64,000 bases of DNA from Flectonema sp. DT1601 (Eukaryota), in NCBI GenBank assembly GCA_964019425.1, contig OZ025792.1, forward strand, positions 248,001 through 312,000, written 5' to 3'. Under the pieces are notes generated by a model. That model was not told the origin of the DNA, did no database searches, and saw only the letters and a program-made list of their open reading frames with translations. Positions 11,904-22,809 of the stretch are shown here, piece by piece (positions within the stretch are counted from its first letter, which is position 1; each line of letters begins with the position of its first letter). The position numbers were made by a program, and so were the translations under genes.

Positions 11904-12965
11904 TTAAGCATTACGTGCTTTCGACCCGTCGAACAATTCCGGTTTATTAACCTTTGGAGGATTTCTGCATTGCTTCGCTGTGTGACCAAACTTTCCACAT
12001 TTCTCACAAGGGTTTCGATGTCTACAAAACTTCAAAATATGACCTTTTTCACCGCAGTGAGCACAAATCAGAACCTTTCCCTTTGCGTAACAATGTTCTT
12101 CAGTATGACCAATAGCGTTGCAATAAGTGCATGTGAGAACTTGTTTTTGCCCTGGGCGTTTGAAACAAGATTCCTCCCTGTGGCCAGACATTCCACAATA
12201 CGAACAGGTTTTCACTAACTGACATGCTTTTGGTTCATGTCCTGGTTGGTTACAGTTAGTGCATACACCAGGAGGGCCAACTATTTCGCGAAGCCATTCT
12301 TTCTTCACCGTGTTTACTTCATCTGTTTGTATATTCGCGTGTCGGGCGCCAAGTCGTAATGCAGTCTCATGATAAGAGCTCTTTGACCTCCAAAGAGCGA
12401 ATAAATTTTCAACTCCAGAAGCAGCATAATCAAGGAGTTCTTCAGTAAGGGGACGATCTTTCCATATGTCATTACCCGATACCATTTGCTCTTTTACAGA
12501 TGCTGATGAAAGAGGTATTCCTATATCTTCAAGTGCTTTATCTAAAGTAAGTCGATGAGGACATCCCCACTTAGTCCATCGATCTGCTGCTACCATCAGT
12601 TGAATATCAATTTTGTGAGAGTTTGGGATCTCAATTCCGAATTGCTCTGATAAGACTTTACTATCGCCTCTCGAATCATAAAATAATTTTAAACTCGTCG
12701 GGCTCTCCAACAGCGGTCCCAACTGCTCAGACACCTCATCATTTTTCATCGCCAACGCATCCACTAAATATATTTTTGGTTTTTCTCCATACATAAGAGT
12801 CTCCCTACCAAGACCCGCGAACTGAATTAAACTAACCTCACCCATTGTATCATCTCCCTTCATTGCTTCAATATCAATGGCAATTTGTGGACAGCTTCGT
12901 AAAATACTACTACATTGTTGTAAATCTGATTTATTCGATATTAATGTTCGGAATGCCTTTTTCAT
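11904..12965 (-). CDS. RNase D/DEDDy 3'-5' exonuclease domain protein with five CCHC zinc knuckles
   Basis: IAIDIEA (ExoI), KLFYDSRGD (ExoII), DIQLM, WKDRPLTEELLDYAA (ExoIII region), and five CX2CX4HX4C motifs in the C-terminal third. Confidence 0.88.
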   Translation of the reverse strand: MKKAFRTLISNKSDLQQCSSILRSCPQIAIDIEAMKGDDTMGEVSLIQFAGLGRETLMYGEKPKIYLVDALAMKNDEVSEQLGPLLESPTSLKLFYDSRGDSKVLSEQFGIEIPNSHKIDIQLMVAADRWTKWGCPHRLTLDKALEDIGIPLSSASVKEQMVSGNDIWKDRPLTEELLDYAASGVENLFALWRSKSSYHETALRLGARHANIQTDEVNTVKKEWLREIVGPPGVCTNCNQPGHEPKACQLVKTCSYCGMSGHREESCFKRPGQKQVLTCTYCNAIGHTEEHCYAKGKVLICAHCGEKGHILKFCRHRNPCEKCGKFGHTAKQCRNPPKVNKPELFDGSKARNA

Positions 12966-13324
12966 TTTTTTTTTTTGTGAGCAGTCTTGGAAAATAATGA
13001 CGTGGAAAAAAAAAAAAAAATTATCCCAAAAATACGTTACAATAATAATATTACTTCTGACTGTGTGAGAAAATAATAATTAAAAAAAAAGCCAACATCA
13101 GAACAGTCAGAGTGAAACAGTGTAAATGGAGTAGACGACATAATAGTAGTCATTCATAATAAAGTACAAATAGACGACACGTATGACCTTATCAAAGAGA
13201 TCGACATTGAGTCGATAAAATTCCCTTTTCTGGTAGTACGTGTGTAATATCCCTCAACGGATTAATATAAAAAAAAACCATAAAAAGTAAAAATTTTCAA
13301 AACGAAGTACAATTCAGTAAACTA

Positions 13325-15490
13325 CTAAACGACGTTATTATAATCTTCAAGTAGCACCTTCCTGAAACGAATTACTGAATAATCGACAGGTGATGTCCCA
13401 CTAATAGTTCCACTGCTACTCGTAGTGATTCGATTCACAGTCGATTGTGTAAACGAAAAAGAGTTCGCCTTGCATGAGTAAAGATCGTTGTCGCAATCCC
13501 CAGTCAGCGACGCAGTCACAATAAAGACTGAACAAATTTTAAAATCGATACTCACTTCATTAGAACTCCACAAGTAAATAGGATGGCGGAGTGGGTAAGA
13601 GTTGCTTTCATAAGAAACCATCCCATCGCTTGTAATAGAAATCATTCTAACTCCTCCATCACTACCACAATCATGACCTAAGAGCCAAGCATTCTTCCCC
13701 GCATTGGATGTAAATTTATCCAGAGTCGCAATCTTGAAGTACCGACAAAACGGAACCTCTTTAGCAACTCTGTCGCTGCGTTCCCAAGTCATCCCCCCTG
13801 AGCCTCTGGTGATACGCGAACCCTCGAAGTCAGAGAATTCCATCTCGTACCAGTGTTGGGTGAAGCACAACCCAACAGTACTTCCATCACATTCCAAGCT
13901 GATGTCGTTGATGATATCCCTCCATCCCACATGCATGTGAGACACGTGCTCAATACCCTCAGCCCTCACTCTAGGGATTACAACACTCGATATTTCAGTA
14001 CACGTGTACGCAATTCGTCTGAACTTCTCATCCGAACAGCCGCCAATGAATTCCCACTTGGACATAACTTCGTTTTCGAGGCAGTGAGTTCTGTACATCC
14101 TGAACACTGACGCATCTTGCCCTTTGACCTTAACACACGAAGTGCTTTCCACTCTGCTCGATCCGACAGAGGGCAGCGGGCAGCAGGTGTACGAAATCCG
14201 ACGCTGAGATGAACTACAACCGGAAGTCACAACCCTCCAGTCTTTGATCCCACCAATCGAAGAACAGTCAACAGATTGAGTGATTCTGTGAAGTCCCGAT
14301 TTCAGGTTCATACATGATGTTTGAAGAGTGGTACAGGTGTTTATAACTTTAGCATTTGTGCAGTAGGATTCCATTTTATATTCGTTAGGATAACAATCAG
14401 AGTGCTCTCTCATTGCAAATCCAGAAATCAATCCGCTCTTATCAGTTCCACAATTCACGATGTGGTTTTGTAAGTTTTCTGCTCTCTTGTTTAGCTTTGC
14501 GCATCCAGTTGTTGTGAATCCCCAGTTTTGATTATGTTTTCCCTGATTGGTTGAGGCGAAGACTTGAACGTTTGTCAAACTGAGTGGGACCTCATAGATT
14601 GAATCCTTCTCTATTCTAATATAACGAGCGGTGAAGCCATTCCCCTGATTTGGATACACTCCCCCAGATGGCGAGAGTAGATTAGCGACTTCCCTAATTA
14701 CTTTAGTATTGTAATCATCAGTTCGAGAAGAGTAACTGGTTATTGGACTTCTTGAGAGGACGATGTTAAAAGTGCTTAAACTTGACGCCTCAGGTAGGTA
14801 TGTGAGGATATAGATTTTATTAATATGTCTTAACGTACCGAAATCAGCTTCCCACCAAGCATCCGCTGTACTATCTGTTGTGAAGTGCGACCATCTATTG
14901 TGAGTGAGTCCGTTGTTCGCAGTGTCAGTCGTTGTGCCAACCATGTTTGGGGCAAAAAGAGGTACTTGCTCCCATCGAAGGTTTCCGAATATGCGAACCT
15001 CAGCAATGGGAAGCTCCAAGTGCCTGCTGTCTTTCTGATAAATAAATATCTCACTACCGTAATTGTTTCCAGAGAAGGTAAACATGTCACCCTTTCTAGA
15101 GACTTTTTGATTGAATGACCTGCACTCAATTCTACTACCAGCATTCTTGATACAAATTTCAAAATTTCTAAATTTCTTACTCTTTCCAGCAACGCTGTGA
15201 ATGATAACTCTTCTAACCAGAGACATGGGAAATACTGCTTTAAGGTATGCGGAATAAGACAGAACCTTGACTCCTTCCGAGTAGCTTAATGGATCTCCGT
15301 CTATAGCTCTGTCAGGTTCTCTACCAGTGGAACTGCGGAGTTGAGCTGCTTCAGTGAGAGGTATTTCATCGTATCTCATGTATTCACCCTCTGAATGGTA
15401 TGAGTTGATATGATCATAATCTTCCAAGATGGTTACTGCTCTCTCAGTAGCAGACAGAACTATCACAAAGCTGGCGAGAAATAGCCGCAT
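13325..15490 (-). CDS. Secreted protein with two F-type-lectin/discoidin-like domains and three Cys-rich repeats (paralog 1)
   Basis: Hydrophobic signal peptide. AIDGDP...EVRIFG and WWEADFG...ARYIRIE...LSLTNVQVF fit the F5/8-type C/F-type lectin fold. Paralog at 17999-20143. Confidence 0.8.
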   Translation of the reverse strand: MRLFLASFVIVLSATERAVTILEDYDHINSYHSEGEYMRYDEIPLTEAAQLRSSTGREPDRAIDGDPLSYSEGVKVLSYSAYLKAVFPMSLVRRVIIHSVAGKSKKFRNFEICIKNAGSRIECRSFNQKVSRKGDMFTFSGNNYGSEIFIYQKDSRHLELPIAEVRIFGNLRWEQVPLFAPNMVGTTTDTANNGLTHNRWSHFTTDSTADAWWEADFGTLRHINKIYILTYLPEASSLSTFNIVLSRSPITSYSSRTDDYNTKVIREVANLLSPSGGVYPNQGNGFTARYIRIEKDSIYEVPLSLTNVQVFASTNQGKHNQNWGFTTTGCAKLNKRAENLQNHIVNCGTDKSGLISGFAMREHSDCYPNEYKMESYCTNAKVINTCTTLQTSCMNLKSGLHRITQSVDCSSIGGIKDWRVVTSGCSSSQRRISYTCCPLPSVGSSRVESTSCVKVKGQDASVFRMYRTHCLENEVMSKWEFIGGCSDEKFRRIAYTCTEISSVVIPRVRAEGIEHVSHMHVGWRDIINDISLECDGSTVGLCFTQHWYEMEFSDFEGSRITRGSGGMTWERSDRVAKEVPFCRYFKIATLDKFTSNAGKNAWLLGHDCGSDGGVRMISITSDGMVSYESNSYPLRHPIYLWSSNEVSIDFKICSVFIVTASLTGDCDNDLYSCKANSFSFTQSTVNRITTSSSGTISGTSPVDYSVIRFRKVLLEDYNNVV
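13342..14618. repeat. Near-identical ~1.27 kb duplicated segment, copy 1 (3' part of lectin paralog 1)
   Basis: Aligns by eye almost base for base with ~18000-19278, with few substitutions and two 3-nt indels. Confidence 0.9.
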
Positions 15491-17998
15491 ACTAATTTTA
15501 AACCTGTAAAAGTATGTATGATGCGTACCGTACTGGGAATTAATAGCTTAAAGTTCATCAACAGCGATGACACAGATTCTCTTCTATTGTAAAACCGAGT
15601 GATAAAAGTATCACAATCAGCTGTATAACTCATCAAGAGTAATATTATTATTATTTTTTGTATTCGAAAGCACCGCTCTACATTTTTGCATTTCGATGAC
15701 ATTCTCAAAGGCACACATCAAACAAAAAAAAAAAAAAAAAATAAGTAAAAAAGCCTTTGATTCGATAATATAAAAGTATTTCACTTGTCACGGCCGCTAA
15801 GCACAATAACTAAACGAATAAAAAAACCAACCTTACGAAGTGATGAATTGAAGCTTATATTCAGAGTGATAAAACGAAAAATACAAAGTACTCCATCGTC
15901 ACAAATCACACCTCATCTTAACAACAACAAAAAAAAAAAAAAAAAAAACTAGTAATAGTTTGACACATGTAGGAAAAAAAACAGTGATAAATAAGTAAGA
16001 AAGGTTTAAACTGAGAAATAAAGCACGACAGAAGATATAGCCTCATCTCAGGATAATAGATAACAACGTACAGATAAATGATGATTTCATACATAACAAA
16101 AGAAATTATGTCAGCTTCAAAGTATCAGAAATCGTAGTTCGGGGGCCACTGCAGTCCGTTAAAACAACTGTAAATTTCGTTTTTTTCTTTTTTTTTTTTA
16201 AAAAAAAAAAAACGATAATCTAACATCTGCTAAGGGGTATAGTGACATAGCCTTCCTTCGATCCACATTCTCTGATCGTCAGTGTGAATTTAAAAAGTAA
16301 CTTAGGCATGGGAATTATTTCAAATAAGTCCTAAACATGACCTCTCAAAAATAGCTTTTGTATAATCCACCTTGTGTAGTTAGTTTGTAAAAAAAAAAAG
16401 AACAAGAACGCAATGGGTCACACACAAAGAGCTACAAAAAAGCGTCAGCCAGTCTCTGTAAATAGTAATAAATTAATCGGCAGTTTGATACCGAGAGATC
16501 TACCTCATCCCAACGTAAACAATTGAGAACTGGCTGAAAAACGCTAATAAAAGATAAAATAATTACTACGAATTCTTTAAGTTTAGTTTAGTTTAGTTAG
16601 CAAAATACAAACTGATGACTACGAGGGGTCTGGGTAGCCTGCATCAGTAAGGACCCAATCGCGAAGATTGTAGTTTCATAGTATTGGCTGGAAGTGATCG
16701 ACTTCCAGCCTCCACCTTGCCCAGAGGCTAACAGGTTGTAAACAACTAAAGAAAATAAAAGAGAAATGATCTGGGAGTGGGGGGAAGGTGAAAAAAACAA
16801 AAAATCTTCTTTCTTTCATATACATCTTTCTTTATAATACAACCACATGCCATATGCCCACACTCCACGAAAGAAAATAGAAAACCCCGGAACAGTACCG
16901 AGGATCGTTCACCCCCAGTTGTCCAAAGCATTATAAGTGTACTGTGGGCTTACCGAAAAGCTTTAGAAATGTACCACAAAAGATTTGGGCAGCACATAGC
17001 CATATCACTCAGCAAGAAATGAAAACCAAAAGGATCAGGCAAGATGACAGTCAGTTTAAGGTCATAACTGCGCCGGACCTTAAAGAGACCTTTAACAGGT
17101 GTTTTTGGTTTCGTTAAAAAAAAAAAAAAAAAAAAAACGATTCGTGGAGCGGGGTAGGGACTGAATTTACAGATAAACACATAATCTGAAAAATTCTCCT
17201 ACCATAACAGTCGTAGGTAGGGAGAACGCTTCCGAAATAGCTGCCCTTTTTGCGTGGAGCAAAAAATAGTAGCGCCTGACAGCTTTTCTGCTTCAACGAA
17301 GAATGCTGTGTGAACACTAAAAAAAATATAAACAAACCAGAAGTAGCATAACAAATGAAAAAAAGAAAAGAAAAAAAAAAACGGTTTTTGACAAAGGTAC
17401 AAAGTGACCGGGTCAGAAGGCACGAGTGCCGCGGCGGATAACAAAAGCCGTTTATCGCAAAGTACCAATTTGTTGCTTCACGGATAAAATAACTGAATGA
17501 AAAAAAAGAGGAAAAAAAAAGAAGAAAAAAACACAGGGCCGTTGATTTATCGTTATGGAAAAACAAAAATTCACATTAACATCACAACAAACGCCTGGAT
17601 TAATAGAAAAATGACCACATTAAATGAAGCATTGCTGCTTCCAACGCAAACAAACGACACGCAACATAATAAATAGATAAAAATAGAAGTTTTCAACTGA
17701 TTTTATAACCTTGTTGACAACAACAAGTCGTATCATACAGAAGTCCACTAGTTTTCTATTCCGATTCGAAATAAAGTCACACACAAGATGAACAGGGTAT
17801 CCGTTGATTCTGTTTCCCATCAGATAGTAAGAAGGTCTTGATAATCCACTTCACTATTTCTGATATCTTACAATCATTAGTTAGTAGTTTCTTTTAGATT
17901 CCTCGTTTGCTAACTTCATCAATCTGTTCATACCCCACAATGCAGTCACAATATACTAGTAGGAGAAGAAGTATAGGTATGTGTTGATATTTTCAAAT

Positions 17999-20143
17999 CT
18001 AATCTTCAAGTAGCACCTTCCTGAAACGAATTACTGAATAATCAGGTGATGTCCCACTAATAGTTCCACTGCTACTCGTAGTGATTCGATTCACAGTCGA
18101 TTGTGTAAACGAAAAAGAGTTCACCTTGCATGAGTAAAGATCGTTGTCACAATCCCCAGTCAGCGACGCAGTCACAATAAAGACTGAACAAATTTTAAAA
18201 TCGATACTCACTTCATTAGAACTCCACAAGTAAATAGGATGGCGGAGTGGGTAAGAGTTGCTTTCATAAGAAACCATCCCATCGCTTGTAATAGAAATCA
18301 TTCTAACTCCTCCATCACTACCACAATCATGACCTAAGAGCCAAGCATTCCTCCTCGCATTGGATGTAAATTTATCCAGAGTCGCAATCTTGAAGTACCG
18401 ACAAAACGGAACTTCTTTAGCAGCAACTCTGTCGCTGCGTTCCCAAGTCATCCCCCCTGAGCCTCTGGTGATACGCGAACTCTCGAAGTCAGAGAATTCC
18501 ATCTCGTACCAGTGTTGGGTGAAGCACAACCCAACAGTACTTCCATCACATTCCAAGCTGATGTCGTTGATGATATCCCTCCATCCTACATGCATGTGAG
18601 ACACGTGCTCAATACCCTCAGCCCTCACTCTAGGGATTACAACACTCGATATTTCAGTACACGTGTACGCAATTCGTCTGAACTTCTCATCCGAACAGCC
18701 GCCAATGAATTCCCACTTGGACATAACTTCGTTTTCGAGGCAGTGAGTTCTGTACATCCTGAACACTGACGCATATTGTCCTTCAACCTCAATACACGAA
18801 GTGCTTTCCACTCTGCTCGATCCGACAGAGGGCAGCGGGCAGCAGGTGTACGAAATCCGACGCTGAGATGAACTGCAATCGGAAGTCACAACCCTCCAGT
18901 CTTTGATCCCACCAATCGAAGAACAGTCAACAGATTGAGTGATACTCTGAAGTCCTGATTTCAGGTTCATACATGATGTTTGAAGAGTGGTACAGGTGTT
19001 TATAACTTTAGCATTTGTGCAGTAGGATTCCATTTTATATTCGTTAGGATAACAATCAGAGTGCTCTCTCATTGCAAATCCAGAAATCAATCCGCTCTTA
19101 TCAGTTCCACAATTCACGATGTGGTATTCTAAGCTTTGAGTATATTGGCCAACCCATGCGCATCCAGTTGTTGTGAATCCCCAGTTTTGATCGTGTTTTC
19201 CCTTATTACTTTGAGCAAAGACTTGAACGTTTGTCAAGCTGAGTGGGACCTCATAGATCGAATCCTTCTCTATTCTCATATAACGGGCAGAAAAGCCTTC
19301 CAGAGGAGTGTACCGTGAATTGATAGGGTATACCCCTCCAGAAGGTACATACTGAGTGATGACGTGATTTAATATTTTAGTATTGTCGTTGTCTTTTCTT
19401 GAAGACGTATCCGTGATTGGAATTTTTGAAAGAATAATTCTAAACGTGTTTACATAAGATCCCTCAGGTAAGTATGTAAATAAATAAATGCTATAAATCT
19501 TTCTCAAAGTTTCGAACTCTGCCTCCCACCATGCGTCACTTGTTGCAGAGGTACGAAAATAAGACCATTTGTTGGAAGTAAGTCCGTTGTTTGCAGATTC
19601 AGAGTCTGATACCCTGCCAATCATTCTTGGGGTAAATAACGGCACTCGATCGAATAGATATTTTCCAAAAACTCGAACTTCCCCAACAGGAAGGTAATGA
19701 GTTCTATCCTTTTGATAAACATAAATTTCATCTCCGTAAGAACTCCCAGCAAAGGTTAAATAGGTTCCAGTTGTTGAAGCTGCTGAATAGAACGTTTTGC
19801 ACTCAACATGACTTCCGGCTCTCCTTACACAAATTTCGTACGTGGATAAATTATTTTCTCTTCCAGAAACGCTGTACAGAATAACCTTCTTTACATAAGC
19901 CAGAGTAAACTGAGCTTTGAAAAAAGGAATAGTATAATATGAAGTCAAGCCTTCTGAATATGTCTTTGGATCACCGTCAATTGCCTTTTCAGGTTCTTTA
20001 CCTCTGAAGTATCGAAGGTGAGTTGCTTCAGTCAGAGCTATTTCATCATATCTCTTCGACTGTTCTTTTACATTCCGCTGATCAGCGTCCAATGTCTGAC
20101 CACCAACCAGATGTATCAGGCAAATCAAAATAATTACCCGCAT
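17999..20143 (-). CDS. Secreted protein with two F-type-lectin/discoidin-like domains and three Cys-rich repeats (paralog 2)
   Basis: Signal peptide MRVIILICLIHLVGG. Same architecture as 13325-15490, with a nearly identical C-terminal part. Confidence 0.8.
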   Translation of the reverse strand: MRVIILICLIHLVGGQTLDADQRNVKEQSKRYDEIALTEATHLRYFRGKEPEKAIDGDPKTYSEGLTSYYTIPFFKAQFTLAYVKKVILYSVSGRENNLSTYEICVRRAGSHVECKTFYSAASTTGTYLTFAGSSYGDEIYVYQKDRTHYLPVGEVRVFGKYLFDRVPLFTPRMIGRVSDSESANNGLTSNKWSYFRTSATSDAWWEAEFETLRKIYSIYLFTYLPEGSYVNTFRIILSKIPITDTSSRKDNDNTKILNHVITQYVPSGGVYPINSRYTPLEGFSARYMRIEKDSIYEVPLSLTNVQVFAQSNKGKHDQNWGFTTTGCAWVGQYTQSLEYHIVNCGTDKSGLISGFAMREHSDCYPNEYKMESYCTNAKVINTCTTLQTSCMNLKSGLQSITQSVDCSSIGGIKDWRVVTSDCSSSQRRISYTCCPLPSVGSSRVESTSCIEVEGQYASVFRMYRTHCLENEVMSKWEFIGGCSDEKFRRIAYTCTEISSVVIPRVRAEGIEHVSHMHVGWRDIINDISLECDGSTVGLCFTQHWYEMEFSDFESSRITRGSGGMTWERSDRVAAKEVPFCRYFKIATLDKFTSNARRNAWLLGHDCGSDGGVRMISITSDGMVSYESNSYPLRHPIYLWSSNEVSIDFKICSVFIVTASLTGDCDNDLYSCKVNSFSFTQSTVNRITTSSSGTISGTSPDYSVIRFRKVLLED
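18000..19278. repeat. Near-identical ~1.27 kb duplicated segment, copy 2 (3' part of lectin paralog 2)
   Basis: Direct match to ~13342-14618. Confidence 0.9.
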
Positions 20144-20438
20144 AGTACTCTGTTAGAAACCTGGATGACAACAAAAGAGAAGTAATTCTTCATTATTTTC
20201 CAACGTAAATAAGAGTTGTTTTGTTCCAGTGTGAAACATCAGTTGAAGACGAACAACACCGTGGGGATGATCATCCTCAACAATGACACTCTTCAGAAGC
20301 AACAACAAAAAAAAAAACGGGCCCAAGTTTTTTAGGCCAACGAAACGAATAAATTCTTATCAACAATTAGAATTTCAGTCCAGTTCTTAATTTAACGACT
20401 GGATGTAAAAAAGAGCCAACTGAGGTGGTTTCCTATTT

Positions 20439-21840
20439 TTACTCAGCTTTCTTTAAATCACTCAATCGAAGAGTAATAATACCCGCAGAGTCAATCCCAC
20501 CAGACAACCCACTGAGAGCAGCAGCAGTCGTTACGTTAGAGAGTTGAGGTCCAGATATTCCGCGAGAAGATAAATTATTAAATGGAAGTGAAGTGTCAGC
20601 AGGACCAGTTAGTTCTTTCATAATCCTATCAATGTCTGGGAAGTTGATTAGAGAATCGGGAAGCTGTTTGTTGTGTTATTATAATATTCTTGATGAGAAC
20701 TGACGAAGAAGTAATTAAAACAAGAGACATACCTTAGCTGATTGACACATGTGTTGTAGTTGAGTAACTTGGTCAGCCATTGGCCCAGCAGGGTCCGAAT
20801 CACGAGTGCGAGCGAGGGTTCTAGTACGTTCAATATCTCTGTTGTCTCGATCATGTTCCCTCTCTCTGGGATCAGCATGTTCTCTCTCACTCCATCCTCG
20901 TTCATCTTTATCGTGTGCGTGATACGTTGGTTCCTCTCTGATGTCGTCACGGTGGTCTCTACCACCGTCCCATTCTCTACCATCTCTCTCTCTTTGATAG
21001 TCTCTCTCTCTGTCTCTACCGTATCCTCTGTCACGGTGATCCTCGTACCGCCTCCTATCACGACCTCCTTTAAATCCAAAGTCACGCTCTACTGGTGGTT
21101 GGTTCTCGAGTTGCCTTGCGATATCTGAGTGTTAATTATGATTGATTGTTGATGGATGTTAACAATCCCCACAAAGCGTAAGAATGAATAGAATAAAAAT
21201 CATACCAGCAGTCTGATCTTCCGATACGTTAACATTCTTTGCGGCAGGTTTACCTTCGCTGCTGAATTGAACTTGAAATGTGATACGAAGTCCATCTATG
21301 AAGGGTTGGCATAATTGATTTCTATGAAGAAAGACATCTCTTCCTTGATAATGTAAACGTGCTTCTTCACAAGCAATAAATCGATAACCAGGGTTACCTG
21401 ATTTAAGAGTGCCTTCATAAATCTTATCAGGAGAAGGCTGTGATAGATCTTGTTTAGGCGCTGAGGGAACCATAGTTGCTTCAGCTTCTGGCACAAGTCT
21501 TGACGTTGCGGCTTGTATCTGACCTTTTGGTGTCACACGTACCTGGAATGCTATCGCTACCCCAATCTGTGGATTTGGATGAGGCAGGACTCTACCGTGA
21601 ATATAAATATCTCTTTCATATCCCATTTGTTTCAAGTAAGGGCAATCGATAAACGCATATCCGTTGTTGTCTCCGTACTTACGCAGGCGACCCATGTGCT
21701 CTGCCTTCACTACATCTGTAGATTAGTTTTTTTTACTCAATAAGCGAAACCATTTCACCAAAATAACTGATGCAAAACATACTTTCAGTTTGTTCGGGAG
21801 AAAGACCCGGAAAAAGATTAGTGAGATCTGGTGCCTCCAT
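20439..21840 (-). CDS. Tandem cold-shock-domain (OB-fold) RNA-binding protein with RD/RE-rich region, 4 exons, ~394 aa
   Basis: Manual exons 21840-21783, 21715-21206, 21124-20733, 20663-20439 join in frame (1185 nt). Two CSDs: GYAFID..DIYIH..QIQA and GYRFIA..DVFLH..KPAAKNV. Exon 3 reads RDRRRYEDHRDRGYGRDRERD. Confidence 0.85.
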
Positions 21841-21987
21841 ATCTGTGTCTTATTTTTTTTTTTGTCTGTGAAAAATTACACCATATTAGGGTTTTTTAAA
21901 CATACAAAGCAAATATTCAAAAAAATATTCTCATAAATTCTGTACCTGTTGCTGCAAAGATGTAATTATTCATATTTTATTATCTTC

Positions 21988-22020
<33 letters not shown>

Positions 22021-22809
22021 AATAAAAAACACAACATCAAATACTACTCTACATTTTAACAATGTCTTTGGCCTTTTTTTTGAAGACATTACCTGGTACT
22101 ACTTAGGTTATAACGTCTAGTAAATACAGGAAAGGTCTGTTTTTATAATTTTTTTTTTTTTTTTTTGATATACCTCCCTAGGTACTCCGAGGGAGAAATA
22201 AATTTGTAGATTTCTATAAAAAAAAACAATAACAAGATAATAATAAATCTAAGTGGAAGCCTATATAATTAAGGGGAGGAAGTTTTTTTTTTTTTTTTTT
22301 TCCTTCCTCCCCCTCCAAAAAAAACAAAAAAAAAAAAAAACCCTTTCTCTCTCTTCCTCACACAAACAATATAACAATCAAGAATTTAAAGGGGAACAAA
22401 AAAAAAAAAACAATAATCTAAGAAAAGTGTGCAGCAAACCGATTGAAAAAAACAAAACTTAATTAACAAGGGAAGGTGACTGAATATTCGTTTCTGCAGG
22501 CGCAGTGTTAAATTCACTTTGCTTAGCTGAATGAAAGAAAAATTCATTGCCGCTATCTGTAAGTAAGCTGTCAACACAGTGCTGGTTATCAGGCAGCTGA
22601 AAACTACGTACAGCTAGCAAGCATCAAGTACTCAACAAGAAGAAAAAAAAAAAGGAATGAAAACTTTCGTTCAAGTGGCTTTGAAACAATAATATTACTT
22701 TCGATATTGCGGGTCGTTCCTATTTTCGTTAACGAGCAGATGAGGCAGCAAAAGGCATCAAAAAAAAAAAAGAAAATACGAATAAGTCTCAGCCGCGTTA
22801 GCGAAATGC

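Noticed and set aside
16608..16680. Hammerhead ribozyme (CTGATGA and GAAAC present)
   Set aside because: The two core motifs lie on opposite strands, so a canonical core cannot form. Kept only as a generic structured element.
20648..21085. 145-aa Thr/Glu-rich ORF
   Set aside because: It is an alternative frame of exon 3 of the cold-shock protein. The spliced frame (RD/RE-rich) joins both neighbouring exons in phase.
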